Shown here: piece after piece, positions 10,822-21,680 of the stretch
Numbering within the stretch: the first letter of the stretch is position 1
Layout of the letters: every line of letters begins with the position of its first letter
Assembly: GCA_943368675.1 (NCBI GenBank)
Contig: CALRLN020000001.1
Coordinates: 1 to 60,221 of the forward strand
DNA length: 60,221 nt
Source: Chitinophaga pinensis
Lineage (GTDB): Bacteria; Bacteroidota; Bacteroidia; Cytophagales; Spirosomataceae
Direction: 5' to 3'
Notes under the pieces: model-generated
Told to the model about the DNA's origin: nothing
What the model saw: the letters and a program-made list of their open reading frames with translations, nothing else
The model's database searches: none
Position numbers and translations under genes: made by a program

Positions 10822-11071
10822 TTTAAAAGTAAAAGAAGACCTGTAGCTATCAACAGCAAAAACAGTAATTTTTTTAGCCACAACTGTCATCAGGAGGTTG
10901 TTAATTAAAAGATTTTTTGGAAAGTGGGGAATGATACTATATTCAAAATTAAAGAATTCTTAGTAAAATGCAATTATTCAGATAGCTGATGTAGATTTTT
11001 TTTCCCAGAAATACCTTTTTCTTAATGGCATGGTTCTTTTATCTACAGGAAGATAAAAAATCTGCTTAACC

Positions 11072-12874
11072 ATGAGAAACGTAGAAAGTCAAACAGAAAT
11101 TTACATCAATGGAATGGGAGCTACCCCCCACGAACACGGAGTTTTTTTTAGAGTATGGGCACCACATGCCGACTATGTATCAGTATTAGGTGACTTTAAT
11201 GATTGGAATGAGGGAGCAAACCCATTAATTGCCGGAGAGAATGGATGTTGGGGAGTGAATATTGAAGAGGCAAAAGAAGGAGACCAGTACAAATTTTTTA
11301 TTAAGAATGGTGAACTGAATCTTTACAAAAATGATCCTTACGCCAGACAGGTAACCAATTCTGTTGGTAATTCAATAGTATATAACCCTAAGGCATATGA
11401 CTGGGAAAATGTTACTTTTCAGATGCCTCCATGGAACGAATTAGTGATATACGAACTGCACATAGGTACCTTTAATCGTTCTAAACCGGGTAAAGTAGGC
11501 ACATTTCACGATGCTATCAAGAAATTACCCTACCTCAAAGGTCTGGGTATAAATGCAGTTGAAATCATGCCTCCTTTCGAATTTGCCGGAGGGTTGTCGT
11601 GGGGTTATAATCCTGCTCACCCATTTGCTATCGAGACAGAATATGGTGGTCCTGTGGCGTTTAAAGATTTTATCAAAGCTGCACATAAATTAGGTATAGC
11701 TGTTATACTGGACGTAGTTTATAATCATTTCGGGCCTTCTGACCTGGATTTGTGGCAGTTTGACGGATGGAGCGAAAACGGTAAAGGCGGTATCTATTTT
11801 TATAATGACTGGCGTTCAACTACACCATGGGGAGACACCCGGCCAGACTACGAACGCCCGGAAGTAGGTCGCTACATTAAAGACAATGCCATGATGTGGC
11901 TGGAAGATTATAAAGTAGACGGACTCCGGATGGATATGGTGCCTTATATCAGAAATGTACATGCCGATGGTAATCCCGCGCATGATTTGCAGGAAGGGTT
12001 GAACATGATTAAGTGGATTAACAGCGAAGTCAGAGAACGATTCCCGAGTGCACTGGTTGTAGCAGAAGATATGCATGGGCAAAATTTCATTACTGATAGT
12101 GTGCATAATGGAGGTTTAGGCTATGGCTCTCAATGGGATGCCGACTTTGTTCACCCGCTTCGTAATGTTCTCACACAGGCATCTGACGAATACGTAGATA
12201 TGAACCTTATTTGCGATGCATTATTTAAACGCTACAGCGATGATGCCTGGCGTCGTGTAATATTTACAGAATCGCATGATGAAGTAGCCAATGGTAAAGC
12301 ACGGGTAGCAGAGGAGGTAGAACCCGGAAATGCCACCGGTTGGTATGCACGAAAAAAAGCTACCTTAGGGGCGGTAATGGTGCTGACTTCGCCGGGAATC
12401 CCAATGATTTTTCAGGGACAGAGCATTCAACAGGATAGCTGGTTTCAGGATACTGAAGGATTAGACTGGGGGCGTCTGAAAAACCTGTCCGGTATATCAG
12501 ATATGTACAGAGACATGATTCATCTTCGCAGAAATCTGACAGGTGTTACAGCAGGTTTAATAGGACAACATACTGAGTTACTTGCGCTTGACCATGAAAA
12601 GAAGCTGATAGCTTTTCAAAGATGGCATCAGGGGGGTAACAGAGATACCACAGTGGTTGTTATGAATTTCTCGCATGAAGCAATTTTAAATTATCCTATC
12701 AGATTCCCTTCAGAGGGCAAATGGCTGGTTCGTTTTAATGGAGATTCTCAATCATACGAATCAGATTTTTCACATACAGAATGTCATGAAGTCGATACAA
12801 ACATACAAAACGACACCATTTCCGGTGAAATATCAGTCGGCCCTTATAGCGCATTAGTACTTTCACAAGACTAA
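11072..12874 (+). CDS. GH13 alpha-amylase family enzyme (CBM48; branching enzyme/TreZ-like)
   Basis: FRVWAPHA, IYELHIGTF, WGYNP, LDVVYNHFG, DGLRMD, AED and ESHDEV motifs. Confidence 0.92.
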   Translation: MRNVESQTEIYINGMGATPHEHGVFFRVWAPHADYVSVLGDFNDWNEGANPLIAGENGCWGVNIEEAKEGDQYKFFIKNGELNLYKNDPYARQVTNSVGNSIVYNPKAYDWENVTFQMPPWNELVIYELHIGTFNRSKPGKVGTFHDAIKKLPYLKGLGINAVEIMPPFEFAGGLSWGYNPAHPFAIETEYGGPVAFKDFIKAAHKLGIAVILDVVYNHFGPSDLDLWQFDGWSENGKGGIYFYNDWRSTTPWGDTRPDYERPEVGRYIKDNAMMWLEDYKVDGLRMDMVPYIRNVHADGNPAHDLQEGLNMIKWINSEVRERFPSALVVAEDMHGQNFITDSVHNGGLGYGSQWDADFVHPLRNVLTQASDEYVDMNLICDALFKRYSDDAWRRVIFTESHDEVANGKARVAEEVEPGNATGWYARKKATLGAVMVLTSPGIPMIFQGQSIQQDSWFQDTEGLDWGRLKNLSGISDMYRDMIHLRRNLTGVTAGLIGQHTELLALDHEKKLIAFQRWHQGGNRDTTVVVMNFSHEAILNYPIRFPSEGKWLVRFNGDSQSYESDFSHTECHEVDTNIQNDTISGEISVGPYSALVLSQD

Positions 12875-12935
12875 AATCATTTCAGATGTGCCATACCGGA
12901 TTAGTATGGCACATTTTCATAATTTCACAACCACT

Positions 12936-14648
12936 ATGAAAATAAAGCATCGATGGCAGAGAATTACAATTGGTATTATAAGTAGCATTTTAATTCTGCT
13001 GATTATTCTGACCATCGGTGGTTTCTTCTTTTTAAAGCCTTTAGTAACCAATCGCATTCAGAATGGAGTACTGAAAGCTACTGACCGGTTATACCGTATT
13101 TCCTTTTCGGATATTACCTATAATCCTACACTTGGTAATATTGTAATTTCCGATGTACATTTCGTACCGGATACGCTCATTTATAATCGGCTTCATGCTT
13201 TAAAAAAAGCACCTGACGATTTACTGAACGTTCATGTACCAACATTAAAGTTTACAGGGGTTTTTCCTTTATCTGTCGTTTTTACCAAAATTCTGGATAT
13301 GGGTACCGTAAATATTGAACATCCTACTGTTTCAGTACTTCATAAAAGCCAGGTCTATAATAAAACGATGGATTCAGTAGAGCGGAAGACTCCTTATCAA
13401 TTAATCTCAAAGTTTGTCAAGTCATTACAAATCGATAGAGTCGTACTGGATGATGTGGATTTCACTTACGAAAACCGGATGTTCAATAAGCCCAAAAAGA
13501 GCGTAATTGAGCATCTCCATGTGGAAATTACTAATATTCTGGTTGACTCACTTTCTGACCAATCAACCCGGAAAGTTTATTATGCCGACGACTACACTTT
13601 TTCTATTAAAGAAATTTCATTGCCTGATAAAAATCAATTGAATGATAACTTATTAAAAAACGTTGTTTTTTCGCTCAGAAACAGGGAACTCAGTATGAGT
13701 GAATACCACCTCAAGCCCCGCGCAGATGAAATGAGTTTCGGAAAGATGTCCGGCGGGCGTGACCGGGCAGAGTTGATGTTTAAGAATATTATCATCAAAG
13801 ATATTCAACCGCAGATGCTTTTTCCTGATAACAAACTCTATGCCCGGACAATGAGCCTTGACAGTGGTTACGTAAAAGTATTTAACGACAAGCGGTATCC
13901 GAGGCCGAAACGAAACAAGGTAGGTGAGTATCCACACCAGTTGCTGAAAAAACTTGATTTAAAACTCAATATTGATACTATTCAGATCAGTAATGTACGA
14001 GTGACTTACACAGAATATGACCCCGAAGCAAAAATAACGGGCTATATTAGTTTTGATAGAATTAAAGGCAAGATATTTAATGCTACGAATGATAGCCTCC
14101 CATTGATTAAAAACCCTATCTGCAAGGCGCAGTTCCATACATATTTTATGAATACAAGTAGTCTGAATGTGTATTTTGCTTTTAATACCCCTTCTAAAAA
14201 TGGGGAATTTACCTGCGAAGGCCAGTTAGGATACTTTGAGGGTACCTCTATCAATAAGATAACCATCGCACTGGCTAAGGTGAGTGTACAATCACTTAAG
14301 GTAAATAAATATGTTTTTAAACTCAAAGGTAACGATTATAAGGTAACTGGTACAGGTACCCTGTATTATGAAAATCTAAAAGCTGAGCTTTTAAAAGTGG
14401 GAGAAAAACAAGAAGAAAAAGAAGAGAAACCCAAAAAGAGATTATTCGGAATATTCAAGAGAAAACCTATTCCAACATTTATTGTCAATAATCTGGTATT
14501 GAAAGACGCTAATCCACGTAAGAATAATGAACTAAAAGTAGGCGTTATCAACCTTGCCCGGATTCCTGAAAAGTCATTCTGGGGAACCATCTGGGGAGGA
14601 CTGTCCCAGTCTCTTTTGCAATGTGTTACAGGCACCGTAAAAGACTAA
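12936..14648 (+). CDS. Membrane-anchored beta-rich protein (AsmA/DUF748-like)
   Basis: N-terminal TM helix followed by repetitive beta strands. Start uncertain (12888, 12906 or 12936). Confidence 0.7.
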   Translation: MKIKHRWQRITIGIISSILILLIILTIGGFFFLKPLVTNRIQNGVLKATDRLYRISFSDITYNPTLGNIVISDVHFVPDTLIYNRLHALKKAPDDLLNVHVPTLKFTGVFPLSVVFTKILDMGTVNIEHPTVSVLHKSQVYNKTMDSVERKTPYQLISKFVKSLQIDRVVLDDVDFTYENRMFNKPKKSVIEHLHVEITNILVDSLSDQSTRKVYYADDYTFSIKEISLPDKNQLNDNLLKNVVFSLRNRELSMSEYHLKPRADEMSFGKMSGGRDRAELMFKNIIIKDIQPQMLFPDNKLYARTMSLDSGYVKVFNDKRYPRPKRNKVGEYPHQLLKKLDLKLNIDTIQISNVRVTYTEYDPEAKITGYISFDRIKGKIFNATNDSLPLIKNPICKAQFHTYFMNTSSLNVYFAFNTPSKNGEFTCEGQLGYFEGTSINKITIALAKVSVQSLKVNKYVFKLKGNDYKVTGTGTLYYENLKAELLKVGEKQEEKEEKPKKRLFGIFKRKPIPTFIVNNLVLKDANPRKNNELKVGVINLARIPEKSFWGTIWGGLSQSLLQCVTGTVKD

Positions 14649-14682
14649 ATCTGTTTCTACTAAATCCATATACATTACAATC

Positions 14683-14710
14683 AAGCCACCGGAACAGGTG
14701 GCTTTGTTTG
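14683..14710 (+). terminator. Intrinsic terminator
   Basis: AAGCCACC/GGTGGCTT stem followed by a T-rich tail. Confidence 0.7.
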
Positions 14711-14896
14711 TAAAGACACATAGACAATTAAAATCATCCGGTTTAACAGAATAAGCCTTATGTTTATTGCAATACGTTCGTATGTCTTACAATTTATAAA
14801 ATTGAATCATGTAAAAAGGTAATAAAGCAAACATTTGCATATACTATACCCATTACTTAGTTTTGAGAAGTAACAAAGCATCAAACCTGCTATTTC

Positions 14897-15475
14897 GTGG
14901 AAAAGCTCAAACAACAAATCTGTCTGATTTTTGAAATAAGTGAAGAAGAAGCTGAGATTTTTCTGGCTGAATTCAGGAAAACAGAATTGAGGAAAAATGA
15001 AATCTTTATTGCAGCAGGAGAAATCTGCCATGTGGTAGGATTAATAGAAAAAGGCCTGATGGTTTGTGTATATAATAAAGACGGCGAAGATATAATTGAT
15101 GAATTTGGCTTTGAAAATGGCTTCATTACCAACTATTATAGTTTTCTTACACAAACACCCTCGCTTAAAGAAATCCGGGCATTGGAACCTTGCATTATAT
15201 ATCTTATCAGTAGACAAAGTCTGGAGAAATTGGGCGGTAAATATCCGTTTATTGAACGGATGAGCCGGATTATGAATGAAAAATTATTTCTGAGAGCACA
15301 TGACAGAATCAAATCCTTATTGCTTGAATCTGCCCATGAGCGCTATGAAAAACTGATTGCACAAAGGCAAGACCTCGCTCAGCGCATTCCACAATATATG
15401 ATTGCCTCGTACCTGCATGTAAAACCCGAAACCATTAGCCGGATAAGAAAAAAAATCAGCAGAAGAAATTATTGA
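14897..15475 (+). CDS. Crp/Fnr family transcriptional regulator
   Basis: cNMP-binding domain and C-terminal HTH (IPQYMIASYLHVKPETISRIRKK); GTG start. Confidence 0.92.
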   Translation: MEKLKQQICLIFEISEEEAEIFLAEFRKTELRKNEIFIAAGEICHVVGLIEKGLMVCVYNKDGEDIIDEFGFENGFITNYYSFLTQTPSLKEIRALEPCIIYLISRQSLEKLGGKYPFIERMSRIMNEKLFLRAHDRIKSLLLESAHERYEKLIAQRQDLAQRIPQYMIASYLHVKPETISRIRKKISRRNY

Positions 15476-15515
15476 CTTAGGTCAATGTACTATTCTTTCA
15501 AATCAGTTAGGTTTG
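15471..15515 (+). promoter_or_regulatory. Crp/Fnr-type operator plus TAnnTTTG promoter of the DinB-family gene
   Basis: ATTGAC-TTAG-GTCAAT palindrome at 15471-15486 and TAGGTTTG at 15508-15515. Confidence 0.7.
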
Positions 15516-15538
15516 CTCAAAATATAAATTAGATACAA

Positions 15539-16054
15539 ATGAATCAGATAGAATTATTGGCAAAGCAAACCGAAGGAGCCTATGATTGGGCTAATAAACT
15601 AATCTATTCTATTCCTGATGAAAAATGGGATATTATGCCCGAAGTAGTCGAGTCAAGCGTGACCTGGCAGTTAGGGCACCTCCTTATCAGTTTTTATTAT
15701 CACTCTGTTATGGTGATTACAGGCCACCAGATGGATATACTACAACAAATACCTATGAAAGAGTATTCTCAGTTTTTTCATAATACTGCTACTCATGAAT
15801 ATGCCGGAAAAACAAAGCCTGAAGACCTGAAAAACCAGTTGAAACTAATGCAGGAAAAATCAATCAGTATTATAAAATCTTTGTCTCCTGATGAATTAGC
15901 GGCACCTTTAGTGCCTACCCCTATACCCCACCCTGTTGCCAAAACTAAATTTGAAGCGCTTGACTGGAACATCAAACACACCATGTGGCATTGCGGGCAG
16001 TTAGGTATCCTGAAACGGATTGTACATGAGCGTTATGATTTTGGTTTGAGGTAA
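15539..16054 (+). CDS. DinB superfamily protein
   Basis: SVTWQLGHL and HTMWHCGQL metal-binding His motifs. Confidence 0.9.
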   Translation: MNQIELLAKQTEGAYDWANKLIYSIPDEKWDIMPEVVESSVTWQLGHLLISFYYHSVMVITGHQMDILQQIPMKEYSQFFHNTATHEYAGKTKPEDLKNQLKLMQEKSISIIKSLSPDELAAPLVPTPIPHPVAKTKFEALDWNIKHTMWHCGQLGILKRIVHERYDFGLR

Positions 16055-16056
16055 AC

Positions 16057-17310
16057 CTAAGTCTTCTTTTCTGCTTTTTTCTTGTTCGCACTATTGTAGA
16101 GTAAGTAGGTAAGATTGAATTGGAAATTGACTTTGTCAGGGTTTATAATATTCCGTTCCCATTGGTTTTTAACCTTATAGTATATTTCCAAAGTGTTTGG
16201 CAAGCCGTTCGTTCTTACTCTTAGATTGGCTGAAACGAAGAAATTGTTCCATTTTACTCCTGCCTCAAGGGCATAAAATAGATTAATCTTAACCCCAGGT
16301 TCTAATGTTCTATCTAAATTAGAAAGAATACCTTTTGCACTGCCTCCAATTCCAATAAAAAACTTCGATATATGCTGGCTAATAAACTGATGCCTGAATC
16401 GTGGAGAAAGGTTCAGGTAGTAACTGTTGGCTGAAAAATTGTTTTGTTCACTCTTTACACTTTCCCTACTGATATAACTTTCAAATACCAAGCTATTCTT
16501 CTGCCGATTTCTTCTAGAAGAAATCGAAGTATTTATACCCAAAAGTATATTTGGAAGCATGTTTTCTGCTTGAAACTCCGAACCGAACTCACTATGATGA
16601 AATAAGCTTTTATCACTGCTGACCCCAGCCATTACCCCAAAAGTAAAAATTGCCTCATCTTTTTTCTTTTTCACATAACATGTATAATTGCAGCCTATGC
16701 ACTCACTGAATTCAATAAATTTATTAGTCAGTACATCAGTACGATAATCAAGATGGTCTGTTTCAATTTTTTTATCGCATTTACTGAAAAGTAATTCTAA
16801 CTGCTTCTGATACCTTTTATCATTCAACTCGAATGTCTTCCCATTTCGTTGCTCCATAAAGAAATGGTTGACCAGTTCTGTTATTTGCTCTCCATTCTTA
16901 TAAAAAAAATGCGATTTCTCTTTTTTGTCTTTTACATATAACAAGCTATAATCTGCTTTCAGCAAAACCATAAATGCCAGTAAGCTGTCTTTCTCAATAA
17001 CTAATTTGCGGTCATAGCGCATTGTTCCTTTTGTGAAAGGAGTAATGTCTAAATCAGCTCTGGCGATAAGGTAGTTTTCTTTGTCTGTTACGCCAAATGC
17101 ACTGAGTTGCCTGAGGCTGTAGGATTGTTCGGCGTTGTCAGCACCGATGAAATTAATTGTTTTTGGGTTGACATCCCAATTCTGATCATCAATCAAACCT
17201 TTAAGCGTATCCGTTTGATTTTTTAGAATGATATATCCCTTAACATAATTTTTTTGCGAAAAAGCAGAGAAAGCAATAAAAACAAACAGCCATGTTTTTA
17301 GAAGTTTCAT
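16057..17310 (-). CDS. Hypothetical outer-membrane protein (N-terminal domain plus C-terminal beta-barrel)
   Basis: Signal peptide, NYVKGYII...DTLKGLI N-domain, amphipathic C-terminal strands. Confidence 0.75.
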   Translation of the reverse strand: MKLLKTWLFVFIAFSAFSQKNYVKGYIILKNQTDTLKGLIDDQNWDVNPKTINFIGADNAEQSYSLRQLSAFGVTDKENYLIARADLDITPFTKGTMRYDRKLVIEKDSLLAFMVLLKADYSLLYVKDKKEKSHFFYKNGEQITELVNHFFMEQRNGKTFELNDKRYQKQLELLFSKCDKKIETDHLDYRTDVLTNKFIEFSECIGCNYTCYVKKKKDEAIFTFGVMAGVSSDKSLFHHSEFGSEFQAENMLPNILLGINTSISSRRNRQKNSLVFESYISRESVKSEQNNFSANSYYLNLSPRFRHQFISQHISKFFIGIGGSAKGILSNLDRTLEPGVKINLFYALEAGVKWNNFFVSANLRVRTNGLPNTLEIYYKVKNQWERNIINPDKVNFQFNLTYLLYNSANKKKAEKKT

Positions 17311-17437
17311 AAAGTGCGTTGTAAGATTTTAAACTGTTTGTCAACAGCAGAGTTTAATATATACGTATCGGGTTCCAATTTAATAAAAAAACTCCGGCAA
17401 TAAAATATGGCACAGATTTATTTCAAAGTATTATATC

Positions 17438-17965
17438 ATGAATAAATTCAACTACAACTTAGATTTTAAAACAACTGATTTCAGAAAAAACCCTGAACTT
17501 TATCGGATTGGCGTAGGCGAACAGGGTGTATTGTTGGTAGAACCCTACAAATCTGAATTACTTCCCTTATGGCGGTTTAAAACAGTTGAATTAGCCAAAG
17601 AATCAAGCAAAGCTATTTTTGCACAATTTGAAAAATACCTTCAAGAGAAAGATTTCGTAGGAGCAGATATGGCCCGCAAATACCTGCAAATGGGCTTTAC
17701 CCGTGCACGCCGCTACGCCAACCATGCCAGTGGACAAAAATATGCGCAAAATAAGCCAGGCAAAGAGGCTGTTGAATACCCCTACTCTAGTGGAAGTAAG
17801 TTTAAGGATAACCAGGTACTGCCACAAGAAGCCGATGCGTTGACAAACGAAAAAGCACAGGTAGCACAGATATTTAAAGAAGCCTGGTTCAGAGCTAAAG
17901 ATAATGCTGAGTACAAGGCTTTGAAGAAGTGGTTTCGGGGGAAGTATTATAAACCAGATTCATAA
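17438..17965 (+). CDS. DUF4385 family protein
   Basis: YRIGVGEQGVLLVEPYKSELLPLWRFKT and DMARKYLQMGFTRARRYANH motifs. Confidence 0.88.
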   Translation: MNKFNYNLDFKTTDFRKNPELYRIGVGEQGVLLVEPYKSELLPLWRFKTVELAKESSKAIFAQFEKYLQEKDFVGADMARKYLQMGFTRARRYANHASGQKYAQNKPGKEAVEYPYSSGSKFKDNQVLPQEADALTNEKAQVAQIFKEAWFRAKDNAEYKALKKWFRGKYYKPDS

Positions 17966-17968
17966 AGC

Positions 17969-17997
17969 AAAAACCACCTTTTACAAGGTGGTTTTTT
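17969..17997. terminator. Bidirectional intrinsic terminator
   Basis: AAAAACCACCTT/AAGGTGGTTTTT between convergent genes. Confidence 0.8.
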
Positions 17998-18029
17998 CGT
18001 AAGATTAAGAAAGAAAGAAGTCGGAATCC

Positions 18030-20501
18030 CTATGAGCCACACATCTCGCAACCCTCAGGGTCGTCGAGTGAGCATTGCATAGCGGCGTATTGATACTCAT
18101 CATCACTAGTAAAGCTTGCGGCAGCTGCTGCCTTTGCCGTTTGTTCTTCGGCATATTTAGCATAATCCAATGGTTTTTCCTCAACGGTTGTTACAGCGGG
18201 TACTACTTCTGCAATCGCTTGTCTGTCTACTGTAAATTTCACAGCATCAGTAGCGGCTTTGGTGCGTAAGTAATACATACCTGTTTTCAAACCTGCTTTC
18301 CATGCGTAGAAATGCATAGAAGTAAGTTTACCGAAATTCGCATTTTCCATAAAGATATTTAATGACTGACTCTGGCAGATGTATGCTCCACGGTCAGCGG
18401 CCATATCGATAATAGTTTTTTGCTTGATTTCCCACGCTGTTTTGTAAATATCTTTCAAATTCTGTGGGACTTCAGGAATAGCCTGCACAGAGCCATTAGC
18501 TGCAATCAGCTTGTTTTTCATGGTATCGTTCCAGAGACCAATTTTTACCAGGTCTTTTAATAAATGTTTGTTTACCACCACAAACTCACCTGACAACACA
18601 CGACGGGTGTAGATATTTGAAGTATAAGGTTCAAAGCATTCATTATTGCCTAATATCTGGCTGGTTGAAGCGGTTGGCATCGGAGCCACCAAAAGTGAGT
18701 TACGCACACCATTCTGCTTCACTTTCTCACGAAGTTCTTCCCAGTTCCAACGATTTGAGTCAGGTGTAACACCCCACATGTCGAACTGGAAGATACCCTG
18801 CGAAATCGGAGAACCCTCCCATGTAGCATAAGGCCCTTCTTTCACTGCCAATTCCATCGATGCTTCCATCGCAGCATAATAGATAGTCTCAAAAATATCC
18901 TTGTTTAATCGACGAGCTTCGTCAGATTCAAAAGGCATTCTCAGGATAATCAATGCATCGGCTAATCCTTGTACACCTAAACCAATCGGGCGGTGACGAA
19001 GATTGCTTTTCTCTGCTTCAGGAACAGGATAGTAATTGACATCAATTACTTTATTTAAGTTACGGGTGATTACCTTCGTAACTTCATACAACTTCTGATG
19101 ATCAAATTTCAAAAAGCCTGTTTTAGCATCTTTTACAATATATTTTGGTAATGCAATAGATGCAAGGTTACAAACGGCTACTTCATCAGGGGCTGTGTAT
19201 TCGATGATTTCGGTACACAGGTTTGACGATTTGATTGTACCCAGGTTCTTCTGATTTGATTTCTGGTTAGCCGCATCTTTGTATAACATGTACGGAGTAC
19301 CTGTTTCTACCTGCGACTCCATGATAGCAAACCATAGATCCTGTGCTTTAATAGTCTTACGGGCGCGCCCTTCCAGCTCATATTTCTGATACAATCTTTC
19401 AAATTCTTCTCCGTAACATTCTGACAGACCCGGAGCTTCGTGAGGGCAGAATAACGACCATGTATCGTTCGCCTCAACACGCTTCATGAATAAGTCAGAA
19501 ATCCAGAGGGCATAAAATAAATCCCGGGCACGTAATTCTTCCTTTCCGTGATTTTTCTTTAACTCTAAAAATTCAAAAATGTCGGCATGCCATGGTTCAA
19601 TATAAATGGCAAATGAGCCTTTGCGTTTTCCACCACCCTGGTCAACATAGCGTGCAGTATCGTTAAAAACACGAAGCATCGGTACGATACCATTAGAAGT
19701 ACCGTTGGTACCTTTAATGTAAGACCCTGTTGCACGAATATTGTGAATAGCAAGTCCTATACCGCCTGCCGATTGAGAAATCTGCGCAGTCTGGCGTAGG
19801 GTGTCATAAATACCTGTAATACTGTCGTCTTTCATCGTTAACAAGAAACATGATGAAAGCTGTGGCTTTGGGGTACCGGCATTAAACAAGGTAGGGGTGG
19901 CATGTGTAAACCAACGTTCTGAAAGTAATTCGTAGGTTTCTAATACACGGTCAATGTCATCGCCATGAATACCCACTGCCACACGCATAAGCATATGTTG
20001 CGGACGCTCAACGATTTTGTTGTGTAATTTAAGTAAATACGATTTTTCAAGGGTTTTATAACCGAAATAATCGTATCCGAAGTCTCTGTCATAGATAATG
20101 GCAGAATCAAGCGTTGCCGCATGTTTCTGAATTACTTTCCAGGTGTCTTTACCGATTAATGACGCATTTTGTCCGGTTTTCGGGTCCACATACTGATACA
20201 GCATTTTCATGGTCCCTGAAAAAGACTTCAAAGTGTTTTTGTGAAGATTTGAAATGGCAATCCTGGCAGCTAAAATAGCATAGTCAGGGTGCTTTGTGGT
20301 CATCGAAGCGGCGGTTTCCGCAGCAAGATTATCTAATTCCGAAGTACTAACTCCATCATAAATTCCTGCTACAACTTTCATGGCTACTTCAACGGGTTGG
20401 ACAAATGCCGGCTCAAGGCCATAGCATAATCGCTCAATTCGAGCTGTGATTTTGTCGAACTTTACCGACTCGCGGCGTCCGTCTCGTTTGATTACATACA
20501 T
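18030..20501 (-). CDS. nrdA: Class Ia ribonucleoside-diphosphate reductase alpha subunit
   Basis: N-terminal ATP cone (VIKRDG), SSCF, SNLCTEI, VCNLAS, PMPTAST, GMYYLR and C-terminal CEMCGS. Confidence 0.98.
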   Translation of the reverse strand: MYVIKRDGRRESVKFDKITARIERLCYGLEPAFVQPVEVAMKVVAGIYDGVSTSELDNLAAETAASMTTKHPDYAILAARIAISNLHKNTLKSFSGTMKMLYQYVDPKTGQNASLIGKDTWKVIQKHAATLDSAIIYDRDFGYDYFGYKTLEKSYLLKLHNKIVERPQHMLMRVAVGIHGDDIDRVLETYELLSERWFTHATPTLFNAGTPKPQLSSCFLLTMKDDSITGIYDTLRQTAQISQSAGGIGLAIHNIRATGSYIKGTNGTSNGIVPMLRVFNDTARYVDQGGGKRKGSFAIYIEPWHADIFEFLELKKNHGKEELRARDLFYALWISDLFMKRVEANDTWSLFCPHEAPGLSECYGEEFERLYQKYELEGRARKTIKAQDLWFAIMESQVETGTPYMLYKDAANQKSNQKNLGTIKSSNLCTEIIEYTAPDEVAVCNLASIALPKYIVKDAKTGFLKFDHQKLYEVTKVITRNLNKVIDVNYYPVPEAEKSNLRHRPIGLGVQGLADALIILRMPFESDEARRLNKDIFETIYYAAMEASMELAVKEGPYATWEGSPISQGIFQFDMWGVTPDSNRWNWEELREKVKQNGVRNSLLVAPMPTASTSQILGNNECFEPYTSNIYTRRVLSGEFVVVNKHLLKDLVKIGLWNDTMKNKLIAANGSVQAIPEVPQNLKDIYKTAWEIKQKTIIDMAADRGAYICQSQSLNIFMENANFGKLTSMHFYAWKAGLKTGMYYLRTKAATDAVKFTVDRQAIAEVVPAVTTVEEKPLDYAKYAEEQTAKAAAAASFTSDDEYQYAAMQCSLDDPEGCEMCGS

Positions 20502-20853
20502 AAGGCAGTCTCAGTAAGGGGTTTGGATTCGAAAAATATTTTTATGCCCATACCTAATTGATAGGGACAATCGTAAACAATACAGCAACATATTTATAGT
20601 TATGGTGACCGCCAGTCACTTTTCGGGTTAATTTTTTGGGTTGTAAAGCAGTCTTTCTTTCTCTCCTCTCATGCACAAATATTCGTTTTTATTCAGTCAT
20701 GAGAATGTAAAATTAACAAATTCTAAAGGCTTGAAAAAACCCGACTTCTATACCATTTTAGCAACAGTAAAAAAGTCTAATATTAAGAAAATGTTAAGAC
20801 CTAATAATCAATCAGTTAGTTTTAATGAAGGTAGAAAAAATCAAACTAAAAAG

Positions 20854-20993
20854 TTATCCACAAAAGTTATGCACACTTTTTCGGATTTTTTCATAGTAAA
20901 AATTTACGTAGTGGTTAGGAAGGGGTCTTCATTAACAAATGTAAAATATTTAATTTTCAGAAAAAAAAATTACTTCTGAAAAAGTTATCCACA
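20854..20993. promoter_or_regulatory. Cluster of DnaA boxes (oriC candidate or DnaA-regulated nrdA promoter)
   Basis: TTATCCACA at 20854-20862 and 20985-20993, TTATGCACA at 20867-20875, all within an AT-rich 507-bp intergenic region. Confidence 0.6.
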
Positions 20994-21008
20994 CTGAAAA
21001 TGCCAGTA

Positions 21009-21680
21009 TTAATCATGACATTCCATCAACAGAAGATCTCCCTGCTCATACGAAATTTTTACAATACCATCATTGGCGGCTTCATTACTATTTCCTGCAC
21101 GATATCCGAGTATAAGTGACTCATTATCAAGCACGTACCGCAAATTTTCCGTACATATTCCTGTGGCTGAACCAACAGGTATCAAAGAAATGGGCGAACC
21201 TTTCGTAAACCACTTCTCAAAGACGTTTGGGGTAGGCAATAGGGGGTATATTACTGAATAATCGTCTATTAAAACGACTTGAAGTTTACTTTTGTAACGT
21301 ACTATATTGGTCATATTAGTGATGGAGTGATCAGCCCGCCGACCAGTCGCCCACACCACATTTACCGCAGGAAACCCACGACTTATCAACATATCAAAGG
21401 CCTTTTCAAGATCTGTTTTTTCCTGATCCGGCGTATGTATAATTTCAATCGGATACTGACTTTTTTCGATTTCTGTTAAGTTAATGTTATCATCAAAATC
21501 ACCTAACAGAACATCTACCTTAATACCCAATTCAATTACACGATGGATGGCCTGGTCCAACACCACAACTAACGGACTCCACTCCAGTAATTGTCCCAAC
21601 AAATCGAAACTACATGCCTCACCATTGGCGATAATCAATGCAGGTTCTTGCTTTTCTCTTACTATATGATGAGACGACAT
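21009..21680 (-). CDS. thiN: Thiamine diphosphokinase
   Basis: LIIANG, LLGDFD, DQEKTDLEKA, GRRADH and GNSNE motifs. Confidence 0.93.
   Translation of the reverse strand: MSSHHIVREKQEPALIIANGEACSFDLLGQLLEWSPLVVVLDQAIHRVIELGIKVDVLLGDFDDNINLTEIEKSQYPIEIIHTPDQEKTDLEKAFDMLISRGFPAVNVVWATGRRADHSITNMTNIVRYKSKLQVVLIDDYSVIYPLLPTPNVFEKWFTKGSPISLIPVGSATGICTENLRYVLDNESLILGYRAGNSNEAANDGIVKISYEQGDLLLMECHD

Noticed and set aside
12908-12923. TGGCACATTTTCATAA as another sigma54-like site
   Set aside because: Lacks the TT at the -12 position, and the gene is probably co-transcribed with the GH13 gene.
20502-20680. Cobalamin riboswitch or NrdR box upstream of nrdA
   Set aside because: Only a partial GAGACTGCC resemblance with no GGGAA or GCCACTG core; the NrdR-like stretch near 20585-20600 is a poor palindrome.
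20671-20979. 102-aa plus-strand ORF in the nrdA-thiN gap
   Set aside because: Lys/Asn/Phe-rich translation of AT-rich DNA overlapping the DnaA boxes; no recognisable motif.
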